Source: an uncultured Spirochaetales bacterium
Lineage (GTDB): Bacteria; Spirochaetota; Spirochaetia; JABMQR01
Assembly: GCA_964567895.1 (NCBI GenBank)
Contig: CAZMOX010000004.1
Span: 560 to 64,559, forward strand
DNA length: 64,000 nt
Direction of reading: 5' to 3'
The position numbers and the translations under genes were made by a program. Of the stretch, positions 19,142 to 28,986 are shown one piece after another (positions within the stretch are counted from its first letter, which is position 1; every line of letters begins with the position of its first letter). Under the pieces are notes generated by a model, which saw only the letters and a list, made by a program, of their open reading frames with translations, searched no databases and was not told the origin of the DNA.

Positions 19142-20176
19142 ATGGCAAAGGTTCTGCAGAATAAACGCGCAACATCAAAAGATGTAGCCAGAGAGGCAGG
19201 AGTCTCACAATCAACTGTTTCCAGAGTGTTCAACAGCAGCGGTATCAGTGTCTCTGATGCGAAAAAGCAAAGGATATTTGAGACTGCTGAGAGGTTGGGA
19301 TACAGACCCAGTCAGATAGCCAGATCCCTGAACTCGCAGAGTACTAAAATTATTGGTTTTGTTCTTAGTGAATTTGAGAATGTATTTTATATGAGAGTTC
19401 TCTCACTCTTTACAAAAAAGCTGCAGGAGGCCGGATATTCGGTAATGATTTTCAATCTGAATGATGATCATGAAGTAGAGAAAAATCTCAAAACAGCACT
19501 TGAATATCAGGTTGCTGGTCTGATAATTACTTCCGCAACCCTTTCCTCACCATTAGTTGAGGGCTGTCTCCGATATAAGACACCGGTCTTTCTTTTTAAT
19601 CGAATTAGTGATGGACTGAATGTAAATACGGTGTGCTGTGATAATATTGATGGTGGAAAAACTATAGCAAATTATCTGATAGATCGCGGTCATCAAAAAT
19701 TGGTCTATATTTCTGGTGAAGAAAAATCTTCAACCAACCGTGACAGGAAAAAGGGATTTATTGAGCAGTCGAAAAGCAGGGGGTTGGCAGAAGTTGTTGT
19801 TCTCCCCGGGAATTATAAGTATGAAGCAGGATTTGCTGCTGCCGATACATTAACTAAGGAAAAAGTAGAGTTTGATGGTGTTTTTTGCGCTGCCGATGCA
19901 ATGGCATTGGGTTTTATTGATTATATAAAATATAGAACCGAACTGAGAATACCTGAAGATATCTCTATCATAGGGTTTGATGGAATTCCGCTGCATAACG
20001 AGATCCATTACCAGTTAACTACTTTCAAACAACCGATGGAGAGAATGGTTGATAAAACTATAGAAGGACTGCTTGATAAGATTAAAAATTTTAGGACAGA
20101 TGCAGTGCATTATCTCTTTTTTGGCCAAATCATGGTACGTGGGTCAGTTGCAGATAGAAATAAAGAGTTAAGGTAA
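19142..20176 (+). CDS. LacI family transcriptional regulator
   Basis: N-terminal HTH ATSKDVAREAGVSQSTVSRVFN plus a periplasmic-binding-protein-like sugar-binding fold. Confidence 0.85.
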   Translation: MAKVLQNKRATSKDVAREAGVSQSTVSRVFNSSGISVSDAKKQRIFETAERLGYRPSQIARSLNSQSTKIIGFVLSEFENVFYMRVLSLFTKKLQEAGYSVMIFNLNDDHEVEKNLKTALEYQVAGLIITSATLSSPLVEGCLRYKTPVFLFNRISDGLNVNTVCCDNIDGGKTIANYLIDRGHQKLVYISGEEKSSTNRDRKKGFIEQSKSRGLAEVVVLPGNYKYEAGFAAADTLTKEKVEFDGVFCAADAMALGFIDYIKYRTELRIPEDISIIGFDGIPLHNEIHYQLTTFKQPMERMVDKTIEGLLDKIKNFRTDAVHYLFFGQIMVRGSVADRNKELR

Positions 20177-20353
20177 TCATACTGTACCTATGAGCTGTAC
20201 CGTGGTTTTACATCCGGATTTTTTCGTTTTGATCCTTCATCAGGTTAATTAATATTACTGGCGGATAAATTTCACTTCCAATGGTCTGTGTTTTTCTCCT
20301 GATGAAAGGTACTTAATCTATTGCTGCCAGCCAAATATCTGGTTCTAATGCTT

Positions 20354-21823
20354 CTAAGCCTGGAATGAGCCGATAATATCCGGAATTTCAGGAACGGATC
20401 CACAGATTCGGTTATAATCGCCGCTATTTTTATCAAAGGCATACTGCTTACTCCACTCTTCTGCATGCAGAAGAATTTCTTTTACAGCCCGGCCTATATA
20501 CCTGATTTCATCGTCTGTCATAGTGGGATGAATGGAAATCCTCACCCAACCAGGTTTTTCAGTTAGATCTCCCCCTGTTATCATGGATTGGATTTTAGAG
20601 CTGGAGGTCTTATTGATATGGAACAGGATATGTCCGTATGTACCGGCACAGCTGCACCCGCCCCTGGTTTGGATACCAAATCTATCATTTAACAGTCGTA
20701 CAATCAGATTGTGATGTACCCCTTTTGTAAAGAATGAGAGTATTCCCAGACGGTTCTTGTTGTGTTTTTCCAGAATGAAAATATCCTCTTCACCCTCAAG
20801 TTCACTAAACAGAATTTGCATCAATTCCTTTTCGCGAGCTTTTATATTATCAACCCCCATTGCCTCTTTTACTTTGAGGGTTAAAGCCGTTCTAATAGCC
20901 TGCAGGAATCCTGGAGTTCCCCCATCTTCACGAATTTCAATATCATCTATATAGAGATGAGTACCGAAAGGATTTGTCCACTGGACGGTTCCTCCCCCAG
21001 GATTATCCGGAACAGTGTTGTGATAGAGATCCCGGTTCATGATAAGTACACCGGAAGATCCAGGGCCTCCCAGAAACTTGTGTGGTGAGAACATCACTGC
21101 ATCTAGTTGTGCTCCAGCTTCTGTGGGGTGCATATCAATAGACACATAGGGAGCACTTGCTGCAAAATCTACGAAACATCTCCCGCCATATTGGTGGATG
21201 ATTTTAGCCATTTCATGATAAGGCGACATTATACCGGTAACATTTGAGCCGGCAGAAAAAGCACCGATCAACAGTGGTCTTGTACTGAATTTTTTTGCCA
21301 TTTTTTCTAATTGGTGTAAATCCGAGAGTCCTGTTTCGCTATCAGGTGGAATTATTCTTATCTCTACATTGCACTCTTCCCAGGTGATCTGATTTGAATG
21401 ATGTTCCATGTGAGTAATCAGTACAACAGGTTTTTCTTCTTCAGTTATTTTGCTCTTCATGGATTCAGGGACTCTTAATCCCAGGATCCTCTGAAGTTTA
21501 TTGATAGCAGCTGTCATCCCGTATCCGGCTAGAAACAGACAGTCTTTCTTATTCGCATTGACGTGAGATTTAATTGTTTCACGAGCTGAACGATAGGCCT
21601 GGAACATTGTTGTTCCGGTGAGGGTGGTCTCAGTATGTGTGTTTGCGACATAGGGACCTGCGGTTTCAAGCATATGCCTTTCAATAGGTTCGTACAATCG
21701 TCCTGAAGCAATCCAGTCAGCATAGAGCAGAGGTTTCTCTTCCTGTATATCAGGTAGATATATCTTGTTATCTATACCTACAATGTTGTTTCTAAATTTT
21801 GAAAAGTACTGCTCTAAAGACAA
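20354..21823 (-). CDS. Class V aminotransferase / cysteine-desulfurase-like PLP-dependent enzyme with ~90-aa C-terminal extension
   Basis: PLP-lysine motif FSPHKFLGGPGSSGVL. The class V fold signature is HxxSN in HMEHHSNQITW. Confidence 0.75.
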   Translation of the reverse strand: MSLEQYFSKFRNNIVGIDNKIYLPDIQEEKPLLYADWIASGRLYEPIERHMLETAGPYVANTHTETTLTGTTMFQAYRSARETIKSHVNANKKDCLFLAGYGMTAAINKLQRILGLRVPESMKSKITEEEKPVVLITHMEHHSNQITWEECNVEIRIIPPDSETGLSDLHQLEKMAKKFSTRPLLIGAFSAGSNVTGIMSPYHEMAKIIHQYGGRCFVDFAASAPYVSIDMHPTEAGAQLDAVMFSPHKFLGGPGSSGVLIMNRDLYHNTVPDNPGGGTVQWTNPFGTHLYIDDIEIREDGGTPGFLQAIRTALTLKVKEAMGVDNIKAREKELMQILFSELEGEEDIFILEKHNKNRLGILSFFTKGVHHNLIVRLLNDRFGIQTRGGCSCAGTYGHILFHINKTSSSKIQSMITGGDLTEKPGWVRISIHPTMTDDEIRYIGRAVKEILLHAEEWSKQYAFDKNSGDYNRICGSVPEIPDIIGSFQA

Positions 21824-22007
21824 AACAATCTCCTGCTTGAAGGGTATTTATCAAGTGTATCATGAGTTACTGATTTATGGTATATGCCAAGAATATAAAT
21901 ATCTAATCATCTTTTGATCTTGAGTAATTTGGAAAATTGCATGATGATATCTGGACAATACAGATGCAATTGAAGTGAGAAAAACGCTGCACAATAGGGG
22001 TTGCAAC

Positions 22008-22322
22008 ATGAGAAGAAATGATTTGGAAATTTCAGATAAAAGTATAATTGAGAATATTCTCAACACAAATACTGTCTGTAGAATTGGTTTAATTGATGGA
22101 GAGGTTCCCTATATTGTTCCTATGTCTTATGGGTATACACCGGATTATATCTATTTGCATGCGGCACTTGAGGGGAAAAAACTTGATTTACTGGAAAAGA
22201 ATAATCGGGTTTGCTTTGAGGTTTCTGACTCTATAGAGATGGTTCCGGCAGATGCAGCCTGCGGATTCTCCGTACAGTACCGTTCTGTTATTGGTTTCGG
22301 AAAAGCTGAATCAGCTCTATGA
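22008..22322 (+). pseudogene. Pyridoxamine-5'-phosphate-oxidase-like (NimA/FMN-binding split-barrel) gene, apparently truncated at the 3' end
   Basis: N-terminal 104 aa match the family (MRRNDLEISDKS...VCRIGL...PYIVPMSYGY...NNRVCFEV...VIGFGKA). The ORF then stops about 40 aa short of typical length. Confidence 0.45.
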
Positions 22323-22391
22323 TACCTGGATTGAGTATTTTACCCTCTGCCCGGTATTATTCGAATAACTGGCAGACAATAAAGGAGAAAA

Positions 22392-22541
22392 GCGTATGAC
22401 AGCGCAGCCTATATTCTTGAGGAGATGGGACTTGAGTCAGTCGGGGCACCCGGAACAACTGCTGCTCTGGCACTGTTAAATGATGCGGTTAAGAAGGGCG
22501 GGCTTCTTGGGGCGGCGCCTGTGATGCCGGTAAATCGTTGA
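22392..22541 (+). pseudogene. Orphan C-terminal fragment of a UPF0210/DUF711-like gene (...[32 protein letters not shown])
   Basis: 49-aa in-frame segment ending in a stop, with a GGLLGxAPVMPVN motif recalled from UPF0210 C-termini. No upstream body or start. Confidence 0.3.
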
Positions 22542-22628
22542 CATTACATAGATTCTGATAAGTGGAAACTTGAAAAATAGATATAAATGTGTTATATTTA
22601 ACTCGTAAACGTATATAGTGGGGTATTT

Positions 22629-22970
22629 ATGACACAAAAACAAATAAAAGAATCATTGCCTTTAGATACTTCTGATATTATATCCAGGCTTGGCGAAAGG
22701 ATAAGGATTGCCAGAAAACGGCGAAGATTTTCAAGCGAAGTAATGGCAAAAAGAATGTTCGTTTCAAGAAAAACCCTTTTTCGTTTGGAAAAAGGTGATC
22801 CCGGTATCTCTCTTGGAGTCTTTGCATCTGCATTATGGGTTCTGGGACTTGAAAGGGAGTTATTAAAAATCGTAGATCCCGAGAAGGATAAAGTCGGAAT
22901 TTTCCACGAACGTCAACAACTCTCTAAACGTATCCGTAAGAAATCTACGGATAACAAGTTGGATTTTTAA
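22629..22970 (+). CDS. hipB: XRE-family HTH antitoxin (HipB-like)
   Basis: HTH region LGERIRIARKRRRFSSEVMAKRMFVSRKTLFRLEKG. It lies immediately upstream of a HipA kinase gene. Confidence 0.7.
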   Translation: MTQKQIKESLPLDTSDIISRLGERIRIARKRRRFSSEVMAKRMFVSRKTLFRLEKGDPGISLGVFASALWVLGLERELLKIVDPEKDKVGIFHERQQLSKRIRKKSTDNKLDF

Positions 22971-22987
22971 TAATAATGGAATAAAAT

Positions 22988-24217
22988 ATGGCAATTAAAG
23001 AAATTATTGTTTTTGTTTATCTACCGGGAGAACCGGTTGCTGTTCCAGCGGGTATATTTACTCACGACTCTGATTTAAGAGTGGGGAATTTTGCTTACGG
23101 GCACCGTTACCTTGAACGAGACAATGTCATTCCTGTCGATCCTATTTCACTGAAATTGGGAACCCTTCCTGAAGCAGTAACAACAAATGCCGGATTGTAT
23201 GGGGCTTTTCGTGATGCTTCACCGGATTACTGGGGCAGATTGGTGATTGCAGCTGAACAGAAAACGGTATCTGAGAACATTTCAGAAATTGATTTTCTAT
23301 TGGGTGCAAATGCAACACGGGTCGGGAATCTTGACTTTAGGGACAATCCTGATTCTCCAGAACCAAAGCTGGAACCTCCTGTGTTTAATCAGCTTTCAAA
23401 TATAATTCGTGCTGTAGAAAATATCGAAGCTGGAAAAACAGCAGAAGAACATATACTGCATCTACTCCGGCAGGGAAGCAGCATGGGGGGAGCACGTCCA
23501 AAATGCACAGTCGAGTGGGATGATTCTCTTTGGATTGCTAAATTCCCGGCAAAAGGAGATACGGTAAACATTCCTGGAATTGAGTATGCTACTATGAAAC
23601 TTGCTAAACGATGCGGAATTGATGTGCCGAAAGTAAGAGTGAAGTCTATAGCAGGTAAAGATGTATTTCTTATTCAGCGTTTTGACCGGGAAAGAGCTGC
23701 GGCTGGATGGCTAAGAAAAGGTTTTATCAGTGCACTTTCTTTAATGCGGCTTGATGAAAAAGAGAGACTTAAATGGAGTTATTTGTCAATTGCAGCTTTT
23801 ATGCGTCAATATTGTTCCACGCAGGATATTTCCCAACTGTTTCGTAGAATAATTTTCAATATTCTGGTACGGAACACCGATGACCATCCCAGGAATCATG
23901 GGTTTCTTGTAACTGAAAATGGATTATCTCTTTCACCCGCATATGATATTGTTCCTGAACTGACACCAATAGGTGTGTGTACTGGTTTTAACCTTGCGAT
24001 GACCGTTGGTAAAACAGGGCGCGAAGGAACCCTGGAGAATGCCATGAGTTCCTGCGAACAGTTCGGACTTTCAGGACAACGGGCAAAAGAGATTCTCGGG
24101 CAAATGATCGAAACTGCACATAACTGGGAAAATTTTTTTGTCGAGTTAGGTGTTATGGAAAGAGAAATTAAACTCCTTGCTCCCAGTTTCGAACGATGTC
24201 GTGAAGTAATTAAATAA
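22988..24217 (+). CDS. hipA: HipA-family serine/threonine kinase toxin
   Basis: HipA motifs GGARPKCTV, NTDDHPRNHGFL and SPAYDIVP. Confidence 0.85.
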   Translation: MAIKEIIVFVYLPGEPVAVPAGIFTHDSDLRVGNFAYGHRYLERDNVIPVDPISLKLGTLPEAVTTNAGLYGAFRDASPDYWGRLVIAAEQKTVSENISEIDFLLGANATRVGNLDFRDNPDSPEPKLEPPVFNQLSNIIRAVENIEAGKTAEEHILHLLRQGSSMGGARPKCTVEWDDSLWIAKFPAKGDTVNIPGIEYATMKLAKRCGIDVPKVRVKSIAGKDVFLIQRFDRERAAAGWLRKGFISALSLMRLDEKERLKWSYLSIAAFMRQYCSTQDISQLFRRIIFNILVRNTDDHPRNHGFLVTENGLSLSPAYDIVPELTPIGVCTGFNLAMTVGKTGREGTLENAMSSCEQFGLSGQRAKEILGQMIETAHNWENFFVELGVMEREIKLLAPSFERCREVIK

Positions 24218-24435
24218 CCGGAGTATGCTCTTGATGCTATTCTATTTTCAGAAGATAAGGAGAGTGTTCTTAAGCTTCTGTAGCCCTGGAAAATCTGAAT
24301 AGTTGCAAAAAATATTTCCGATATTGAATCCGCAGAATAATTCATCAGGAATATGAGCTCCAAAGCTGCACTTCCTCGCGCCTTCTTGAAAAATCTATTG
24401 GAATATAATCAGGAATTTGTGGTATACTAACGCTC

Positions 24436-27141
24436 ATGAATTCACAGATAACTATTACCATAGATAATAAACATATTACTATTCCTGAGGGAACCACGAT
24501 ACTGAACGCAGCTAAACAGTTGGATATTGATATACCGCATCTCTGTAAAGATGATCGACTGACTTACACAGGAGCCTGTAGGCTCTGCTTAGTGGAGATA
24601 GAGGGGCAGCCAAAGCTGCAGACCTCCTGTTCACGCCTTGCCGAAGAAGGCATGGTGATCCAGACAGAGACAAAAGAGATTAAAAAGTTACGAAAGATTG
24701 TTCTTGAACTCTTTATTGCAGAGCATCGCCTCTCCTGTACAACCTGTGACAAGGATGGTGATTGCCTGCTGCAGGACTACGCATACCGATATCATATCAA
24801 TGAGTATAAATTTCCTCATCTGGAACAAAAAATAACCAGCATGAATTATACAGATAGAGAGAAAGCTTTTGTCTATGATCCTTCAAAATGCATTCGCTGC
24901 GGGCGTTGCATTAAAATTTGTCGTGAAGTTCAGGGAGTTGAGGCGATTGCTTTCCAGAAACGTTCTCATGAAGTGATGGTTACCACAGGGTTTGATGTTC
25001 CTTTGAAAAATACCGTTTGTGAAACCTGCGGGCAGTGTGTGGGAACATGCCCAACTGGTGCCCTCTACGCCAAGGCGGCTAAAGGAAAAGGACAGGCGAA
25101 AAACCTGAAAAAAACCCGGACAACCTGTACCTATTGCGGGGTAGGGTGCCAGCTTGATCTGAATGTGAGCAGGCAGACCGGAAAAATCGTTATGGTTACT
25201 ACCGAAATCGGATCAATCCCCAATGATGGAAATACCTGTGTGAAAGGCCGCTTCGGCATGGATTTTATTCATTCAGAAAAACGGCTTACGAAGCCGCTTA
25301 TCAGGGAGAATGGAGAGTTTAGGGAAGCTGAGTGGGAGGAAGCACTGAATCTTGTTGCTGATAAATTCAATACCATTAAAGAGCAATTTGGTTCCGACTC
25401 ACTTGCCGGCCTTAGTTCAGCAAGAACTACCAATGAAGAAAATTATGTCATGCAGAAATTTATCCGTGCTGCTGTAGGTACAAACAATATAGATCACTGT
25501 GCACGTCTTTGCCATGCATCTACGGTTGCCGGACTTGCCAAGGCTTTCGGCAGCGGTGCTATGACAAATAGTATAGAGGAGATCAAACGAGCCTCTCTGA
25601 TTTTTGTTATAGGATCGAATACCACGGAATGCCATCCTGTAATCGGCATAACTATTCGGCAGGCAGTTGCCTCGGGGAAAACAACACTGATCGTAGCAGA
25701 TCCCCGTAAAATATCTCTTACAGAAGATGCTTCTCTGCACCTTCAGCACAAACCGGGTACAGATGCAGCTTTAATTAATGCCATGATGCACGTGATCCTC
25801 TCTGAGGGTCTTGAAGATAGAGAGTTTATTGAGAGCCGGACTGAAGGGTTTTCAGAGATTACAGAGTCATTAAAACGCCATCCTCCTGAATTTGCAGAAA
25901 AAGTTTGCGGAATTCCTGCGGATGATATCCGGAAAGCCGCACGGCTTTTTGCTAAAGCAGAAACAGCCTCAATTATCTACTCAATGGGAATCACTCAGCA
26001 TACAACAGGAACTGATAATGTTCTTGCGCTGGCAAATCTTGCCATGATGACTGGGAATATCGGGAAAGAGTGTGCAGGAGTAAATCCATTGCGAGGACAG
26101 AATAATGTGCAGGGTGCCTGTGATATGGGTGCTTTGCCTGATGTTTACAGTGGGTATCAGAAAGTTGCTAATACTGCAGCAACTAAGAAATTTGAGAAAG
26201 CCTGGAATGTGAGCTTAAGTAATACACCGGGTTTGACCGTAATCGAAATAATGAACAACGCAGGTGAAGGCTCAGTGAAAGGACTCTATATTGTGGGTGA
26301 AAACCCTATGTTGAGTGATCCTGATATTGCCCATGTGGAAGAGGGCTTGAAAAACCTCGACTTTCTGGTGGTACAGGACATATTTCTTACAGAAACAGCA
26401 CTTTTAGCCGATGTGGTTCTTCCTGCAGCAAGTTTTGCTGAGAAGGAAGGAACCTTTACCAATACCGAGAGACGTGTTCAGCGTGTCCGGAAAGCTGTTG
26501 AATCCCCGGGAGAAGCACGTGAGGATTGGGATATCATCTGTGATCTGTCGCGGAGAATGGGATATCCTATGTCATATAACTCAGCAAGTGAAATTCAGGA
26601 TGAAATAGTACGAATTACTCCTATCTATGGGGGGATTGACTACGATAGAATTGAAGAGGTTGGAATCCAGTGGCCCTGTCCTGACCGTAACCATCCTGGA
26701 ACAAAATTTCTCCATAAAGGAGAGTTCTCCCGTGGTAAAGGGAAATTCCATGCTGTTTCCTATCTTCCTCCAACGGAGATGCCTGATAATGATTACCCCT
26801 TTATTCTGACAACTGGCAGAATGCTTCAGCACTGGCATACCGGTACCATGACAAGAAAGAGTGTTGTTCTGCATGATTTGGTGCCTCATGGAGCTCTTGA
26901 GCTGCATCCTGATGATGCCGAACTCTATGGAATAACGAAAGGTGATACTCTATCGGTAAGTTCGCGCCGAGGAAACATAACTGTTCCTGCAAATATTACG
27001 GATAAGGTGCGCCAGGGGACTGTCTTTATGGCTTTTCACTTTCATGAACATCCAGCAAATGCGCTTACTATTGCAGCCCTGGATCCCATAGCAAAAATCC
27101 CGGAATTTAAGGCCTGCGCGGTAAAGGTAGAAAAAGCATAG
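24436..27141 (+). CDS. fdhA: Formate dehydrogenase alpha subunit (NuoG-like 2Fe-2S/4Fe-4S N-terminus + molybdopterin oxidoreductase), cysteine type
   Basis: N-terminal ferredoxin cysteine clusters. Mo-bisPGD domain with HCARLCHAST at the Sec/Cys position. There is no in-frame TGA. Architecture is YjgC/YrhE/FdhF-like. Confidence 0.85.
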   Translation: MNSQITITIDNKHITIPEGTTILNAAKQLDIDIPHLCKDDRLTYTGACRLCLVEIEGQPKLQTSCSRLAEEGMVIQTETKEIKKLRKIVLELFIAEHRLSCTTCDKDGDCLLQDYAYRYHINEYKFPHLEQKITSMNYTDREKAFVYDPSKCIRCGRCIKICREVQGVEAIAFQKRSHEVMVTTGFDVPLKNTVCETCGQCVGTCPTGALYAKAAKGKGQAKNLKKTRTTCTYCGVGCQLDLNVSRQTGKIVMVTTEIGSIPNDGNTCVKGRFGMDFIHSEKRLTKPLIRENGEFREAEWEEALNLVADKFNTIKEQFGSDSLAGLSSARTTNEENYVMQKFIRAAVGTNNIDHCARLCHASTVAGLAKAFGSGAMTNSIEEIKRASLIFVIGSNTTECHPVIGITIRQAVASGKTTLIVADPRKISLTEDASLHLQHKPGTDAALINAMMHVILSEGLEDREFIESRTEGFSEITESLKRHPPEFAEKVCGIPADDIRKAARLFAKAETASIIYSMGITQHTTGTDNVLALANLAMMTGNIGKECAGVNPLRGQNNVQGACDMGALPDVYSGYQKVANTAATKKFEKAWNVSLSNTPGLTVIEIMNNAGEGSVKGLYIVGENPMLSDPDIAHVEEGLKNLDFLVVQDIFLTETALLADVVLPAASFAEKEGTFTNTERRVQRVRKAVESPGEAREDWDIICDLSRRMGYPMSYNSASEIQDEIVRITPIYGGIDYDRIEEVGIQWPCPDRNHPGTKFLHKGEFSRGKGKFHAVSYLPPTEMPDNDYPFILTTGRMLQHWHTGTMTRKSVVLHDLVPHGALELHPDDAELYGITKGDTLSVSSRRGNITVPANITDKVRQGTVFMAFHFHEHPANALTIAALDPIAKIPEFKACAVKVEKA

Positions 27142-27144
27142 CCA

Positions 27145-27669
27145 ATGAAAACTATCTGTGTTACCGCAGCAGCAAGCAAGCTGGGAAAAACCACCCTGAT
27201 TCAGAAACTCATTCCGGTTCTTAAGGATTGGGCGGTCTGCAAAGTAACTGCCTGTGTCCGCCATGTTGAAAATAATTGCCCCCGTGGTCATGAGGATAGT
27301 TGTGGAATCTGCAACAGCCTGGAACTTCCGTATGTGCTCATCGATGAGGCTGAAGTAATTACTGCTCCGGGAACAGATACCGGGAAATATACAGCAGCAG
27401 GTGCATCAAAGGTAATCTGGGTTCAAGTTCGGCCGGAATTTCTTGCAGAGGCTTTGCAGGAAGTTCTGAATCTGCTTTCAGATAGCCCTGGTATTATATT
27501 TGAGGGAAATCATGTATTAAAATATATTGTTCCTGATTTCTCGATTATGATGACGGCTAAAAATGGGAAGTATAAACAATCTGCCTTGGATGTACGGGAT
27601 TTGGTGGATCTTTTTATAGAAGACTGGAATTTTGAGAAGGCAGTGGATGAAGTTCGAAAAAGATTCTGA
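27145..27669 (+). CDS. mobB: MobB-like molybdopterin-guanine dinucleotide biosynthesis adapter protein with atypical Walker A
   Basis: MobB-like layout: P-loop-like AAASKLGKTTL, CKVTACVRH, GIIFEGNHVLK. The first Walker glycine is replaced by Ala. Confidence 0.5.
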   Translation: MKTICVTAAASKLGKTTLIQKLIPVLKDWAVCKVTACVRHVENNCPRGHEDSCGICNSLELPYVLIDEAEVITAPGTDTGKYTAAGASKVIWVQVRPEFLAEALQEVLNLLSDSPGIIFEGNHVLKYIVPDFSIMMTAKNGKYKQSALDVRDLVDLFIEDWNFEKAVDEVRKRF

Positions 27670-28318
27670 ATTCAGCTCTTCTTTGGCAGAGCTGCAGGTA
27701 TCGACGATACCAGTATCGGCTATCATTCTCGCAGGTGGTTCAGGCTCTCGTATGGGTGGAATCTCCAAATCAAATCTTACGCTGGGAAACGAAACCTTTA
27801 TCAACAGAAATATTCGCAGTATGGAAAAAATAGTTTGTGAAATTGTGATCTCTGTTGTGGGATCGAACCTACCGGATCTAACGGATTATACAGGCAGGAA
27901 TATTCCGGTTCATGTGGTGGTTGATGAATCCAAAGGGCATGGCCCACTCATGGGAATTCTTTCAGCACTGAAAGCAAGCAAGTTTGAGATTAATTTTATA
28001 ACAACTGTTGATTCCCCTTTTGTGAGTATTTCATTTGCAAAATACCTTATTCAGGGATTAGGAAAAAAGGATGCCCATGTGCCTATCTGGAATGGGTATC
28101 CAGAGCCTTTGTTTGCGGTATATCGAAAAAGCTGTATCCCATTCATTCAGGAGAGCCTTCAGGAAAACAAGCGAAAAATAGTCTCATTTTATGATAAAAT
28201 AGCTGTTAAGTATGCTGATTCTGAAGTAGTTAAAAAATATGATGAAAAAGGATTATCATTTATAAATATTAATACACAAGAAGAGTATCGGAAATTGATT
28301 CATTTCACTGATCTTTAA
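27647..28318 (+). CDS. mobA: Molybdenum cofactor guanylyltransferase
   Basis: AIILAGGSGSRMGG motif. ATG 27647 follows a GAGAAGG RBS, and the gene overlaps the end of mobB. Confidence 0.8.
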   Translation: MKFEKDSEFSSSLAELQVSTIPVSAIILAGGSGSRMGGISKSNLTLGNETFINRNIRSMEKIVCEIVISVVGSNLPDLTDYTGRNIPVHVVVDESKGHGPLMGILSALKASKFEINFITTVDSPFVSISFAKYLIQGLGKKDAHVPIWNGYPEPLFAVYRKSCIPFIQESLQENKRKIVSFYDKIAVKYADSEVVKKYDEKGLSFININTQEEYRKLIHFTDL

Positions 28319-28802
28319 AGAGTTCGTATGAGAGGGATTCATTTGCAACTCTTAGACGTCGGCTTATCTCCCTGGCTAAATTCATGATGATCATAGTATG
28401 GGTCTTGAGATTCCATTTTGACAGATTGTAGAGATCGTTGTTGGTGAAGGTGTAAACAACTGTCTCTGTATCAGCACGGACAGATGCTGCACACGGCCGG
28501 ATATCAATGAGCTCCATCTCCCCGAATGTATCACCGCTGGTGAATTGACTCAGTACTACGATATCATCGATGTGCTCGTTTTCTACTTTTTGGGATTGAT
28601 CATGGTTTTTGATGATTGAGACATTTCCTGAAATAATGAAGAAGATCCTGTTATTCGGTTCGCTTTCGTGCAGGATGATCTCGCCTGCTTTATAGCGCTC
28701 CTCTTTGAAATAAGTTTTTATCTTTTCAAGTTCATTTTCTGTCAAACCGCCGAATAAACTATGACTGTATAAAAACTTATTATCTATTTTGCATGAATCC
28801 AT
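28305..28802 (-). CDS. Cyclic-nucleotide-binding domain protein (Crp-like effector domain, no DNA-binding domain)
   Basis: cNMP-binding beta-barrel motifs GEIILHESEP and FGEMELI; 165 aa. Confidence 0.7.
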   Translation of the reverse strand: MDSCKIDNKFLYSHSLFGGLTENELEKIKTYFKEERYKAGEIILHESEPNNRIFFIISGNVSIIKNHDQSQKVENEHIDDIVVLSQFTSGDTFGEMELIDIRPCAASVRADTETVVYTFTNNDLYNLSKWNLKTHTMIIMNLAREISRRLRVANESLSYELFKDQ

Positions 28803-28986
28803 ATATCCATGATAGTCAGTATGTCTTCAGATTACAAGTTTGAATATTTCATAATCTGTGAAATAGTCAAGGATATTGCTATACTGCTAATATAAATGAC
28901 CTATTGAAGGAAGAGGTGTAAATGGGAGACCAAAGAGGATATTGGGATAAAGTTGCACATGAAAAGAGTTTCACTCTGCCATTTGA

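Noticed and set aside
20177-20353. Possible terminator hairpin in the convergent gap between the LacI and aminotransferase genes (…CCGGATTTTTTCG…)
   Set aside because: There is only a short T-run with no convincing GC-rich stem, which is insufficient.
24436-27141. Selenocysteine (in-frame TGA) in formate dehydrogenase
   Set aside because: The ORF is continuous with Cys at the expected Sec position, so no recoding is needed.
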